From the NCBI GenBank assembly GCA_000165425.1, contig CT868667.1, positions 1 to 64,000 of the forward strand: 64,000 nt of DNA, written 5' to 3'. Made by a program: the position numbers and the translations under genes. The notes beneath the pieces were generated by a model. The model was given only the letters and a program-made list of their open reading frames with translations. It was not told where the DNA came from and made no database searches. This document shows positions 1 through 15,100 of the stretch, piece after piece (position 1 is the first letter of the stretch; every line of letters starts with the position of its first letter). The stretch is from Paramecium tetraurelia. Taxonomy: Eukaryota.

Positions 1-3000
1 GAAAGTGATCACCTCTTTTCTAAGTTTTTCTATATATTTTTTTAATTGTTGATAGACATCAATAGCTAAAGTGAGAATAAGAATTAACGTGATACCAATA
101 AATCCTTACATTATAATGTAAACTATACATTAATCCAAACTAAAAGTTCAGCCGAATTGTTGCTTTAATCATACTTAATAATTTTATAAACAGAAGAGAG
201 TGTTAAATTAAGAATAATCAGTATTTCTGTGATAAATATTTCAGTATTTTCAAAATTGTTCTCAAAAGGTTTATAAACATAAATATAACAAGAAATAATT
301 TCTGATAAACAAGTTGTAATTATACTCTAAGCAGCCAGAAGTCCTTAAAATACGACTAAATTAATAATGAATAAAGTTTTTTTAATCAGCAAAATATAGT
401 AAAATATTATTCAGATCCTTATTGACAATTATTTGTAATTCCTCCACTAAAACTGATAATGCCTTGGGGACTTTGTCTTTTTTAGTCGAATAAAAAAAAA
501 AGAATGCTATCGAGAATAGATTGACATGTAATGTAATTAATGCTATTAATGAGATGGTTCCATTTAAAGTAGTATCAGTATTGTAATTGGCAATTTATAA
601 AATAGCTGCAAAGGTTATTTCATAAAAGTTAGAAGTAAAAATTCTGATTAATCCAGAGCAATGAAATACTGATATTATTTTCTGGCCAATTTTAAAAAAA
701 AAAATACATCTGCAGATATAATAGAGGTTAGATGGTTAACTTACAAAAATAATAGCTGGGCCAATTTTAGTGCTTAATACGGACAAGGAATTTTAGAAGA
801 AATATGAGACATAAAAATAAGCAAATCTGATTAGAAATATAGTGACTAGCGTTTATAAGTTATTCAAAAGAAATGACAATTGATTTCATAGTATTCAAAT
901 TTCCATTTTGCTTGTATGATTGGAAATTTGAAATCAAATAAATCCTCAAAAGACACATCCGTTTATAAACCGTCTATTATGGGAGCAAGTGAACTAATAG
1001 TAAATATTTCAAAGTAGACAAACAAATTAACTGGGAATTGTAAATTGTGAAATTTTAACTACGATAATTGTTAAAGCATATTTAGTAGATTCCATAAAAT
1101 TTCTAAATTGCCAGCCAAAAATGCTATACCACTTACAAAACATGATCATATACATAAAAATTCTAGTGAGTAGAGCTGTTTTAAGAAGAAGGGCTTTATG
1201 CTCATTTGACATTTTGTTTGGAGATGATAATCTTAATTTTTCTTCTTTAGAGAGTAAAGTATTGTCTTAAACATTTACAATATTCTCATGTCTTAGTGTA
1301 GCTTTTAACACAGGATTAAAAATGCTACTTTTAAAATAGACAAATATCTTATATGAAACATCTGTCAATATAGAAGTAATTGAGATCATGGATTGATTTC
1401 GATATCATATTCTTTATCCCTAGCATTTTCAATAACAATCATCTATAGAAACTTTCATTGCTAATATTATAAATGTTCAAACGTACTTTTTCACTAAAGT
1501 ATAATCGAAATTCTTGATTATCTTAGTTTTTTTTTGAGAGCTTGGTAAGTTAAATTTAGGTTGAATACTATATTTACATACACTAATATTATTGTCCTAT
1601 TAGCATTTCCAATTGCTTTCAACTTAACAAATATCACTACATCCATCATTATTCTAATTATTTCCATCATCACATTATTCTAGTAGTTTTACATGAAAAC
1701 CATCCATTCTCACAAAATAAACATAATCTCACAAAATTCATTTCCTTCTATATACCAATCCCCACAAAATGAATTACTTATACCTTTAATTAATACCCAC
1801 CCTTTCATATGACAATCTTCACATACAGGGCCATTACAAATATTACACCCTTATGGACATTACACTTGGCATTATTAACAACCATCGTAGGGTAAATAAT
1901 TACCATCATCACATTTTTCTTCTTTACTAGATAGAATGCCATCCCCACAGAAATAGAGGCATTGATTGGAGAAACATTTATTTAGAGTATCATCCCAAAT
2001 GCATTCTACATTTTAACAATCGGTATAGCAGGCTTCTTTTATTTAGTAATTCTGACAATTTGTTTCTTAGTACATCCTCCTCCTTCTTTAGTTGTGCAAA
2101 TTGGAAAATATAAATTGCATTCCTAAGGTTTTGTAAGAGAAATTGGTGAAATTTTCACAAGTTTTTGTATAGCATTAGCCATCAATCCAAACGCAAGAAT
2201 TGAGATTGATATCAAATGTACAACGATCTATGACATTAACATCTTCACAAACTTTTCGTAAAACACATTAATATCCATTAGTCAAACATCTCTTACTTTC
2301 GAATGTTGAAGCACAAGTTGAATCTATAGCATAATTATAATCATAGCACTCTCTTAATAAGTAGAGAGAAACCCTATACACTCAGAATGAGATTGGGCAA
2401 GAGGAGACCCATTCTCACAAATCCTCTCTTAACAAATACTCTTCTCCTCATTCCAGTAACAGTTTACTCCGCTTAAATTCATTTGCCCTTCACTTTTGCA
2501 TCAATTATATGTATAGTTCATGCACAAGGATTGGCCAATTATGCAGCCATCCAAGATCTCATTTACAGTACATGAATTCTCAAAATACTAATGACAACTA
2601 TATGCTGAATATAAGGGCAATTGTGCAGTTGAACAGGTTTTTATTGTACATATATTTTAACTTATCGTCCATTAACATTCTACATTATTTGAATCAATTT
2701 AAGATTATTCTTTGCTTGAATAACTACTGCAAATATTTAATTATTGGCATCCATCCAATTTGAATTAACTGTACAAGATCTTTATCTTGAGTTACATTTT
2801 TCATGTGTTGTATACGATGCTTAAACGTTTGAACATGTTAAATTGACACATTGATTGAATGAAACCTAAAAGAAGCATTTTTTTCCAAATTTATCTATAT
2901 AACATTAAGTTTACTTTGCTGAAAGACAAGAAAATGGAAGTCTACACATTGAATTAAATCTAGTTGTATCATAGTTAATGAGTGTTATTTGAAGTATTTG

Positions 3001-3984
3001 CATAAGTGCAATCTTCTACGCATCGATTATTATCCCTATTCAATTAACAATTAATTAGCCAACCATTACATTTTGCTTGATTGAGTGAAGGTGGTACCAT
3101 CACAAAAGCAAGGGATGCCTTTGGAATTATTTGTACTTGAACACATCGAGTCATTAGAGGTACTTGCTACAATCACCAATGCTTTAACAGGCCAAACTAT
3201 CCCAAAAATATTACAGTCTGCAATTATTGTTAGCTTTGAGCAATCTAGACTTTAACATTCTGTGTTGTTTAGCGACATACAATAATCCTTCCAAAAATGA
3301 CATGATGAATGTGTCCAGGTTGAGAGGTGATGAATTGTAGCTTGACAATAACTTATAGATGCATTAGAATACCAAATACAATCCAAACCATCAATCGTAC
3401 TTACACAAGCATCTTAATATTTATAATCTGCACATCATTATTATTTTTTTACTATACAATTCTAGCTCTATGCTGCATTGATTGTCTGTTAGAAAGAATA
3501 ATCGTTGCAATCCTAATGTGATTTAGGTGAGGTCATGTTACTTGCACTACAATATTTAGAATTAGAACATTTAGTACTGTAAAGTGAACACCAATAACAT
3601 TTGGTTGCAATTGGCGAAATATAACCATCTGTTTTCACAATCTAATTAATTTTTAAAATGCAATGTTGGCTTGCCTGTTAGCAAATTTTATGACTTTTAT
3701 AATTTGGCATTTTAACCCAATTTCTTATCGGTTTCCAATCCTATTCGCTCACTTAATACATTCTAATTATTCACACTTAGCTCCAAGCCAAATGCACTTT
3801 TCTTTATTATAATTTAATTCACAAAACAATTCCTCTAATATCTCTTCGCATAATTATGGTGTCGCTTAACACCCTCCATTAAATTTTCCGATGCAATTCC
3901 CATATTTTTAACAATCTCTATAAATTAAATTGAAAAATTTGAAATAAATTGAATATCTAGTATATGCTAAGCGATATCAACCAT
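1..3984 (-). pseudogene. Cys-rich surface/membrane protein gene (antigen-like Cys repeats, CGDG/CDDGN disulfide repeats, C-terminal multi-TM region); apparently frameshifted; 3' end runs off the window
   Basis: Code-6 translation gives periodic Cys repeats, CGDGILSSKEEKCDDGNYLPYDGC and several hydrophobic helices. Frame breaks near 390-445, ~1400 and ~3200 are not explained by GT-AG introns. The 5' end is uncertain. Confidence 0.6.
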
Positions 3985-4093
3985 ATTTTGTATTTATTTG
4001 ATATTTACAACACTTAATATTTTAAGCAATTCATTCGATAGATTTTTTGCATAATTTAATTATTAGAAATATAAATAATTAAAAAATAAAAAA

Positions 4094-4166
4094 TCATCAA
4101 CCCGCAGACTTGAACTCGGAATTTTGCCGCCTTAAAGCAACGTTTTACCTCTAAACTACTTGATGA
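4094..4166 (-). tRNA. Atypical tRNA-like gene or pseudo-tRNA, anticodon AAG, short variable loop
   Basis: Minus strand reads TCATCAAGTAGTTTAGAGGTAAAACGTTGCTTTAAGGCGGCAAAATTCCGAGTTCAAGTCTGCGGGTTGATGA. It has a terminal stem TCATCAA/TTGATGA, D stem GTTT/AAAC, anticodon stem TTGCT/GGCAA with loop TTAAGGC, T loop TTCAAGT, A and B boxes, and a T6 run immediately downstream. Confidence 0.7.
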
Positions 4167-4777
4167 TAATTTAAAAAAATAATAGAAAAAAGTTTAATAT
4201 AAAATAGATAGATATTTTTATAATTTTTCTCATTCTTCATCATTTGGAAGGGTAGAAATAAATAATTAGAAAAAAATTTAGAGTTGATTTTTATCAAATT
4301 TCAAATAAAATATGAGGTATAATGCACTCAGAAACCTTTATATAAGAATTTTGTAAAGTTAAATTTTAAAGGTGAGGAAGCATCGATTTCAAATAATCTC
4401 TTCCACCATTTATTTGTTATACTTAAATAATTGTATTTAATAGATTTGTAATAATTCATTTGCACTGATTGTAATTTATATTAATTAAAGAGAATTTACT
4501 ATTAATTTTTATTATAGTATCCCTAAACTCCTGCACAGAAGACAAAATAAATCATTAATTACAAGCTTCTTAGAAAAAGTTTATAAAATGTTAATCAAAC
4601 CGTATCTTTATTCATTAAGAGTTAAATAAATTAAAAAATATAAACTTTTCATTAAAGATTTATAGAGTCATGAATATTTGTAGTTAGTACTAATTATTAA
4701 TTTCATTTAGTTTTTATTTTTCAAGTTTTAATTTTTATAAAATCTCTTGGTATTTGATTCCTAAAAAAAGAAAAAAA

Positions 4778-6108
4778 TGAATTAATGGAGCCATTAAAAC
4801 AAAATTTAAGAAACTAAAACAAACGAGTCAATAAAACTTTTGGATTATCAAGAGTGATAAATAAATTTAATTAGAAAAGGGTTATGAATACAAATTCGCC
4901 TAATTTGTAGATCAACCCTTCCTCTTAAAAGTATGGTTGTTAATGGACATATGAAAATTATAAGATTTATGAAGTCTTCAGATTTGCTTATACAATGATA
5001 TTAAGAAGGGATATTATGTCAAATAAAGATTAAAAAAATTAATTTTATGCTATAGGATCTAATTAAAAAATTTCCTAATTACAAAATAATTTAATATCTT
5101 ATTTAAAATGCATCAAGAGGAGAATGAAAAGTTGTTTGAAGGGTCTGTTAAATTAAAGTTGATAGATGAATCAAATAAATAACATGGAGGATGCTAAGCA
5201 ATAGCTTTTAATTCAACGGGCACATTATTGCTCACTGATGATTGGAAAAAAAAAAATATATGGAGCTTTAAAAATGGGAAAATGGAATTACTGAAAAGAA
5301 TAGATGGAGCTGATACAACTCTGAATTGTGTAGTCTTTAGTAAAAAATAAAATTCATTCATTTACTCTGATGACGCTTCTCTTAGCATATGGAAGCAGTA
5401 AGATGATAATGATTGGATTTATTCTGATCCTTAAACTAAGCATAAGAATGCAATATTATGCATAACATTAAATGAGTAGGAAGACGTATTATTTGCTGGT
5501 GGCGCTGATTTTGTTATAACAGTATGGAAAGTCGATTTAATCCTGAATTAACTGACTTATGTCTAATCTTTGTAGAAACATACATTTTCAATTTTTGCTC
5601 TCAGTTTAAATTTTTCTGAAAATTAATTGGTGTCTTGTGGTTAAGAAATAATTATATGGTAAAAAAATAATGAATAATTATGGGAATTTGGTTATGTTGT
5701 TAATCAATCAACCTAGTAGGATGGATCTAGGATAAAATTTTTGGATGATAATTAATTTATATGGGCAGCAAATACATAGGAGAGTAATAAGATCTTTGTA
5801 TTTGAACATCAAGATGGATACTTTTAAGAAAACGAGGAAAAGACTATTCAGCTAAATAATGATAACGCACCTTTCGATCTTTAATTGTTTCCAATTGTTT
5901 ACAATAAATAGAAAAATGCAATATTTTTTAAGCACAAAAGAAACTTGTACATTTTGAGAAAATTGAAAAATGGTGATCTTAAGATTGTTGAAGTCTTTAG
6001 TTTAAATGCAATCTAAACTTAAGGAAATGTTACATAGAATGGAGATTACTTAGTGGAATGGAATGAGACTAAGTAAGGCTTTTCTACTTATGAGATAGTG
6101 TATCAATG
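4778..6108 (+). CDS. WD40-repeat protein (expanded Paramecium family)
   Basis: WD-type repeats: LNCVVFSKKQNSFIYSDDASLSIW, LFAGGADFVITVWK, HTFSIFALSLNFSENQLVSCG. Ends in TGA at 6106-6108. The 5' exon structure is uncertain. Confidence 0.75.
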
Positions 6109-6819
6109 AATCAAGATTAAAAATTATTCATCCATAAATAAAATTAAAATTTTATATTTCTGATATATTTAATTTATTATAAAATTGACATTTTGCATTT
6201 TATAATGAGAGTTAGGGTCTATGAAGCATAGTATTATAAATAAATGCACATTAGCTTCAATATAGTACATCCTAAAAAGTGGATACAATTTATAGTGTTA
6301 AATATAATTATAAATATAATAATTCTCAATCAAGATTAATGGAAAGAATGATATTCCTCAACACATAATATTTGGAAACAACATTTTTTGGAGAGCCTTT
6401 AATAAAAAAACATTTGATTAAAATCTAGCAGGAAAATTTGATTTAATCATAATAAATAAGTGAATCTTAATAAACTATTTAGGTAAATACAGAAACAGAT
6501 TTAACTCATAATTTGAAAAATAATTTCTTAAACTGCAACCGTGATAACAAACCTCAAACTGAACCTGTAAAACTAGGTTTACGCCAACCTCAATTTATGT
6601 ACATACCAAAAAAATAAAAGGATTTAAAATCTCCTCAATTTTATAGAAATTATCCTGTCTAAAATTCGGAAAATTAATTTTACAGAAGTGGATAATAAAA
6701 TTATTAATGAAGTTTTAAAACATTGAGGTTTATATTAAAATAAATATTATAACTTCTATTTATTATTTAATCATTATAACAAATTCATTGAAAGTAGTTG
6801 CTATTGTATAGAATAATTT

Positions 6820-8277
6820 TCATTTATTTTCGATTTTATATTGTCTTACTTGGATTTCTAAAGATTTTTAATCCCAAGTAATCATATATTCACCTTCCTC
6901 TGATACTGTGCCATAAATTGACGCTGTTCTAAAATCGATTGACTAATCACAATAAAAATCGCCATTCTCATCAAGCTTAATAAGATTTACAAAATTTCCA
7001 TTTTTACTTATCAAAATCTATTTTGATGTAACCCATTTTTAAGGAAATTATGAGTTACATTATTTGCTTGATTTAACATCTACTTTCTTAGTGTTATCAA
7101 ATTATTTTGTTTTAAAATTGAACTAAAATATAAGTAGATGATCTTTGCAATAGGGCTAGAATGCAAATTAGTTTTCCTTTACAAAACATAATCTTAATCC
7201 CCAATACTCAACTGAAACATTTTAGATCTTAATCCATACTTTTCCTTTTTGCTAGCTTACAATTATCTTTTTATCCTCATAAGCACATGAGATTAATTGA
7301 TTTTATTCTGAATTCAGACTCAGACCTTAAACACTTCCTGAGTGTCCATTCAAAGTAAAGTAACAATCCCAACTGATTCTTTTTTCCCAAAATTTAATAG
7401 AACAGTCAGCACTTCCAGAAATGAGGAAATCTTCATTTCTACTAAGTTCTAAGCATGAGATGGCACCACTATGACCTTCTAGTTTTTAATAAATCTACCA
7501 TAAAGAGTTCCTTTGCTATTACCACACAATAATCGACTGATCATTGCTTCCGGAGATGAAGCAATCTGAAGATTTCATGAACAACAAACTATTTATCCAT
7601 AATCTATGTTGATCAAGTACTTAGACCAATTTGAATTATCCAAATTTAAAGTCAAAAACCTTAATTGTTCCTGTTGCATAACCTGCTATCATTATTGAAC
7701 AAGTTTTATTTAATGCTAAAGCGTATAATTCAGTGTCCTTTAATGAATTTTCTTTCATCAAGCTCATAGAAAAGGGACCATTTACTTCCTTTTTCTTTAA
7801 TACATAATTTAATTCTTATATTTACATATTGAATTAACACTTTTCCAGCAATACATTAAAAGAAACAAAGCTTTCTTTGATTTAATGAAAAAGAGTCTTG
7901 CTTTGAACCTTAAATTTCACCATTTGATTGACTACTTAATTAATCTAAATTGGAGTTAGAACTTTTAATTTCTCAAAAGGAACCTAGTACTTTTCTCTTA
8001 AGTTTTCTATTAATCGATTAAATTGTTAAGTAATTTAAGCATAGATACGATCCAATTAAGTTATCAAAATATCGCAATCCTTTTGCACTTCAGCATAGAA
8101 ATCACGAAAATGAGATATAGATTACACATCTTCAAAGTGATCAGTATGACATGATTTCCTATCAAAAATACATTTTGCGCATGAAAATCTCATTTCTGAA
8201 CAAGCTTAGTTAAGACAATAAGTATCTACTATTTGAGAATGATTCAAATTTGGACATGGTATTAAAAATTAATTCAT
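6820..8277 (-). CDS. WD40-repeat protein with N-terminal Cys/His motif and coiled coil
   Basis: N-terminal Cys/His motif, then repeats FISGSNDQSIIVW, GHSGAISCLELSRNEDFLISGSADCSIKFW and GHSGSVQGLSLNSE. TGA at 6820-6822. Confidence 0.85.
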
Positions 8278-9131
8278 TATAATAAAGTGGAAAAATTCAA
8301 TATAATTCTATTTTATTGTATTGACTAAAACATATATTTGAAGAGAATGTAAGTATTAAAAATGATTGCTTGACTACTCTTATGCTAATATAAAAGTGGA
8401 TGAATAAGATCAATTTTTCATCTTTTATATTAATCAAATTATTTTTTTTCGTTATTATCTAATTTAAGAATAATGTTATATACTATTTTAATATTTAAAT
8501 ATGAGTCATTTATCACTCTTACCATATAAGGAAAGGTCTTAGTGATTTAAGTGAGTTCAAAACTTATCCTAATTTTTTTCAACCAACTTAGTAAGAACTA
8601 TAATGTTCTACCTCTATAATTTATGTAATTAAATTAAAGTCAAAACGGTAAGGAAATTTCTTTTTTATTTGATATGATTTACTCTGTATTGCTGAAATAA
8701 GATCTGAAAGAATGACTTTCCTACTAAAGATAGAATGAAACTTTGATGGAAAAGGAAACATTATATCTTTCTATTTTAATTAAATAATAATTTTTTTCCT
8801 CAAAAATTAAATTTTTTAATAACATGGATTATTTTATTTTTAATTTAATTCGTTTCTTTCTTCTTAGATTTTTTGATATATCAAAACAATAGATCTTTGC
8901 CCGGTTCTGTTAAATGACACTTATTCCATACATGAAAAGTAGTTTATTTTAAAAAAAAAACTGTATGGAGTCAACATCTTGAAGGTGGTTAGTTCGTAGA
9001 AAGGTCTGTTTTCTAAAGTGTCCGAATTGGTATTAAAAAATGCGGTTTTCTTAGATAGCATATCTTTTTAATTAAATAATGAGGTATAAATAGAGTGGAT
9101 TGTAAAATAACCTGATAAAATAAAAATATTT

Positions 9132-12100
9132 ATGAGACTGTTTGTTGCTCTGCTTTTAGAGATTATTCACGGTTTTAGTGTTTTGAAATCAGACTAATGC
9201 TTAGATTGTTCCCTGCTTATAAGAAAAGAGGATTGCGAATATGCAAGTTGCTATTGGAGTGCTGTAAGTGAAAATTCTGAAGGAACATGTAGTGATGAAG
9301 ATTTAAGTGAGAATCCTGGAAATTCTGAAGGAAATGTCACATTTTGTTAAAGTATATTGAACCCAGAACAAAATTGTAATAAAGCTAAGGGATGTGCTTA
9401 CTATAATTCAGCTTGCACAATTTTCACAGGTTGTTCTGCTTATTTATTTCATTCAACCCTTGAATGTCAAAGAATATCGTCTGAATGTATTTCTGAAGGG
9501 GATGGATGCATAAATGTAAAATAATGCGTAGAGTATTTAACTTAAGATATTTGTGAAAATTCAGGAAGTTCGAGTGGTAAATATCAATTAATAAAATAGG
9601 TTCTGGTAGATGCAAGTGGAATTCTGAATTATAGAAATGCCGAGATTATAAGTGTAGTGAAGCTGACCTAGTTTTGACTACGGACTAGTAATGTTCCTAA
9701 TTTGGAGTTGGTTGCATCACAAAAGGCTTAGGATGTATAGAAAGTCCTTTGAGGGAATGTAAAACATATGAAAGCTCAGGTCAAGATTGCAGAAAATTAA
9801 TTGGATCAGATGGTTAGTGTGAATAACTAGAGGGGAGTTAATACTGTTAATTAAAAAAATGTGAAACAGCTCCGACGACGTATAATAAAAATGAAGAATG
9901 CGATAAATATTTGAAAGGATGCGTTAGCACAGGATAAGGTTGTGTGGTAACCTTATTGCCATGTAATACTTATAAAAATAATTGTACAAATTATATAGGT
10001 TCTGATGGAATATGTGAATATGAAGAGAATTAAGAAAACTGCAGGAGTCGTATTTGTGAAAATGGATAATTTAGTTCAGATGAGGATTGCAATCGATACA
10101 GGTCTGGTTGTATTACTAATGGAAAATCCTGTGCTAACAGCTTGTAAAGTTGCACTAGTTACAAGGGAAATAAAAATAGTTGTTTGGGATACAAAGGATA
10201 GGAGGGAATGTGCAAAGGAATAGATGATAATGAGTAGTAATGTTAAGTCTAGGATTGTATTAAGGATAGTAGTACTACATATGTTACTGATGAATAATGT
10301 TAGAGCATATAGAAGGTGTGTAAGACAAATGGGATGGGATGTGTGTACACTTTGAAATTATGTAAAGAATATGAAGCTAGTTCTGAGAAATGTTTCGGAT
10401 TGATTGGTTCTGATGGAAGATGTTAAGGAGGTGTGGATGGAAAATGCAAAAGCAGAATTTGTTCAGATGCTCCTAGCACTTACAACACAGATTACGAATG
10501 TAAGAAGTATTAATCTGGTTGTGTAACTAATGGTAGTGGATGTATAGATTAGACGAGTTGCTAATTGACTCTTAAAGAGAACAGCTGTTCAGGCACTTCA
10601 GGATGTCAATGGAATTCATCTTGCATAGATTCAACAAAATGTTCTAATTTCTAAACTCAATTGATTTGCGAGAACAACTCAGCATTCAATTATTAATACA
10701 AAGATGGGATTACATCTTATAATTACACCAAATGCTCATGGAAGTCCAATTAGTGCATAGACTTGAAATGTTCTGATTTGACTTCTGATAAATATGATTC
10801 TGACTTTGCTTGTTAACAAGTGATGGAAAATTGTGTCTACAGTGGTTATGGATGTATTGACAAATCTAGTGATTGCTCTCTCTTTAAAGGGTCTTAGATT
10901 AGATGTGCATTGTATGCAAACAAGTGTTGGAATGATTCCAATGCAACAGAGACTACTCCTTGCAGAATTAGGTTATGTTCTGATAATACAATATTCACAA
11001 CCGATGAAGAATGCGCCTTCTTTTAAAAGGGATGCAGAACCAATGGTTAGGGGTGTATTGAAGACACCAAATAGTGTTCAGACTATTAAGGAACTCAAGT
11101 TTCTTGTAACAAATTCACTGGATACATTTCTAATAGCACTGAGAGATAATAATGTTACAATGTGAGTGCGGCTACATCTACGACCACTTGCATTGAAAAA
11201 ACCTGTAATTTGGCAGTTGGATTGACGAATAATACAGATTGTGGTAAATTCTTAAAAGGGTGTGTCTGGAATGGTTTGAGTTCTTGCGTCAAAGATACTT
11301 CAGATTGTACTGCCTTTTATGGTACTCAATAATAGTGCAATACATTTATTGGAAATAACTAACCATGTTATGGATTAAGTACTAACAGTAGTAATTCTCA
11401 ATGCAAAGTTAAGTTATGTGTTGATAACACTCAACCTGGACTCACTGATCAATAATGTCTCAATTTCTTAGAAGGTTGCATCTCTAATGGAATTGGATGC
11501 ACATCTAAAGATACTACTTGTGATAAATTCATTGGAACAGCTTAAACTTGTTCCAGTTTCTTAGGAAATGGTTTAAAATGTAACAGAAAGGATAATTGTT
11601 CCACTAGATAATGCTCCGATTATACTTAACCTAAGGAACATCAAGATTGTTATAACTATCATTCCAAATGTCGATTCGTAAACGCTAACTCTCCTTGCAT
11701 TGACAAAACTCTCTGTTCTAATTATGTGGCTTAAGGAACGAATAATACTGAGAAAGCAGCCTATTGTAAGGCCGTTAAAGATGATTCCAATTTTATTTGC
11801 AATCATTAATCAGATGATAGCAATTGCAGCAATTACACCTGTGATTAAATGCCAACCTAAACTGAATGTGAATCTTATACGAAAACTAAAGGGTGTTATT
11901 TTATCAATAATTCCTGTGTTTCTACTAATGATTGCTCAAAAATACCTTTAGATAATACATCCTCGGATAAGCCTACTTCAAATCCGTCTAAATTAACATG
12001 GTGTAATTAATACAAAGACATAAATAATAAACAATGTTCATATCATCCTACCTTAAGTAATTCCAATTGTTCAAATTATATCTTATGTGAGCAGGTGGTT

Positions 12101-15100
12101 TCAGCCAAAAACTCTATGGATTGCAATAGATTACTGTATAAGGATCCAAATACTACAAATAAAGGTTGCTTATTTTATAATGATTAATGTTATTCAGTTT
12201 AAACTTAATGCACAGATTATTTAGCCATTGGTAATGATGATACAGAGAAGTAAGCATTTTGTTAAGCCATGAAATTCAATACATCCATAGGAACTGCCAA
12301 TACAAAGGTGTTATAATGCGTATTCGAGGTTGGTAATTCTAATTGTTCGACTGCAACTTGTGAGAGTGTTACTGATGTCAGTAGCCAAACGGATTGTGAG
12401 AGGAAGGCTTTGAATTGTGCCTATTTCTAAAGTAAATGCTATACTAAGCAAAATGAGTGTTCATCATACAGCACAAAATCAGTAGCTTCAAACAAACCAT
12501 AATTTTGTTCTATTATGAAGAATTCCTCAGGAGAAAATTGTGGATACATTGATGGTATGGATAATTGCATAAACTCTTCATCCGATTGCAAAGTGTATAG
12601 ATGGGATAGTTACAACAGCAATCCTGCTCCATCTCCAAGTCCATCCACGAATGCAGACAAAAGACTGTATTGCTAATAAAGAAGATCCAATTAAGGTAGG
12701 TTGTGTGGATACGTATATGAGTAATCTCATTGCAGTTTAGAAATCAACTATTGCGAATTAATCGAATCTCCTACATCTTAAATAAGTTGTGATCTGTAGG
12801 CAAAAGGATGTACATTCATTCATTCAACTTCAATCTGTGTCACAACTTCTAGATTAGCAAGTTGCAAGGATATCAAATTTAATGCTGCAACCTTACCTTC
12901 TGAGAGTACTAAATTGAATTACTGTAAATCAGTGATGAGTTACTCTGGAGAATGCACTTGGATATCTGGTACTGGGTAATGTGATGACCTATCAACTGAT
13001 TGTACATCATTTAGTTTGAGTTCAGTTCCAAATGAGAATGATAAATCAACATATTGTTTGAAAAGAGTTAGCCAGGCAGGAGGTTGCGCTTGGAGAAAAG
13101 GAGATGCAATAAGTACTTGCAGATCCTTTTCTTGTTTTGATATCACCAATGCTGTCAACTAAGCTACTTGTGACAAAGTCTTGAGTGGTTGCACTTATTA
13201 TTAAAAATAATGTATCAAAACTCAATCAAAATGTGATTAGTATTATGCTTTTGGGGCAGATGACTATCAGAAATTCTATTATTGTTCAGGGTTGTCATAA
13301 ACTACCGGCAATTCTTAGTGTACTTACATCAAAGGAAGTTAATTGTGTACTGTTAAAATAGATAGTTGTGCCTCCTATGCTGTGAGTGCTTTAAGTGATG
13401 CCAACAAATTAACTTGGTGTTATATATTAAGTGATCTCTCCTCCAAGAATTGTGCCTATTCTACTGGAGATAGTGCTTGCAAATCGATTACTTGCGAGTT
13501 GATTTTAAGTGCATCATCACAGAATGATTGCGACTTGTATTTATCCGGATGTTAATATTACAAAGGGTTTTGCTATACTAAACCATCTAGTTGTAGTTCA
13601 TACACTATTCCATCTAGAATAACAGACAATGTTGTATTCTGTTCTAATTTTAAAAATACATCCAGTTAATTCTGTGGGTATGTGAGTGGGAGTACATGTG
13701 CAAACCCATATAGTTGTGATCAGATTAGTGCCGTTGGAGACACAACTGCCTTAAAGTAGGCTTATTGTTAGGCAAGAAAGTCTTCAGGTGGATATGTATG
13801 TACATACTCAAGTGGTGCATATTGTATATAAGTGAACACATCTTTGAGTTGTACATACATCACAGGGACCATAACAAGTTAAGATTAATGCTAATCTTTT
13901 TCATCAAATTGTTCTTATTAGGATTCAACGAAGACCTGTAATTTGACATCTGATCTGAATGCTTGCAACAAGTATGGACTTGGCTCTTCAACAGACGAGG
14001 ATACCAAAATAAAATATTGTCGATCTATCTTATCAGGAACTTGCACTTATTAAGCTGGAGATTCGAAATGCTCAAATTAAGTAACATCATGCAACTAGAT
14101 CTCTATTTCAGAGATTAATGATAAATTGTATTATTGTCTAGCTAGAAGTAGTTCAAATGGCAATTGCTCATTCGATGACTAAAATGAGAATTAATGCAGT
14201 CAAATAAAATGTAGTGATATAGATTATCCGAATTCATAGATGGATTGCAATAAGCGTATGTCTGGATGTATTTATTATCGAGGCACTTGTTATTCTATGC
14301 AAAACAATTGCACCTTATATGAAACCTATGGAGCTGATGATCTAGCTAAGAAAGAGTACTGTGAAGGTCTCAAGACTTCAGACAACCTTCTGTGTACTTT
14401 CATTTCAAGTTTAGAAGTATGTTCTAATGTTGAAAGCAGTTGCTCATCTTATGATGTCTCTGCCGTAGTAGATAAAGTCACTTGGTGTGAATTGCTAATT
14501 CAAAATGATGGGTAAGCATGCAGTAATCTCAATGATTCAAGCAAATGCAGTCTTAAGATCTATAATTGTGAATCAATTACAGCAACCTCTTAAAAGGATT
14601 GTGACTAAGTTCTATTAGATGGATGCATTTATTATAATTCAAAATGTTAGAAAAAGTAGAATAATTGCACAGATTATGTGATTCCTGCAAGTGTAACTAA
14701 TAAATAACTGTATTGCAAGAACATGCTTGATGGTTCATAAAGGTATTGTACAAGTGGAACTACTAATTGTGCATCACCAACAACTGATTGCTCTGATATA
14801 ACAGCAAATGGAGTTGATGATTCAGAAAAGAGAGTCTATTGCAGACAATACAAATCCTCAGCTGGCAAGATGTGTGGATATTCATCTGGATTGAAATGTG
14901 AGATTGAACGCAATTATTGCAGTGTCTTGACAAGTCCTACGAGTTAACAGGATTGTGATTTGGGATTAGACAATTGTGTTTATATTTAAAAGAGTGGGAA
15001 ATGCGTTGAAAAGTATTTGATTAAGGATTGTACTGCCATGTTATTCGATTCTGGTCTATCCAATAAAGTAAGCTATTGTTAATCATACAACCCAAATGGG

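Noticed and set aside
4125..4145. Reading the tRNA-like gene as a TTA-anticodon (TAA-decoding Gln) tRNA
   Set aside because: A CTTTAAG loop leaves no paired anticodon stem. Only the TTAAGGC loop is closed by TTGCT/GGCAA.
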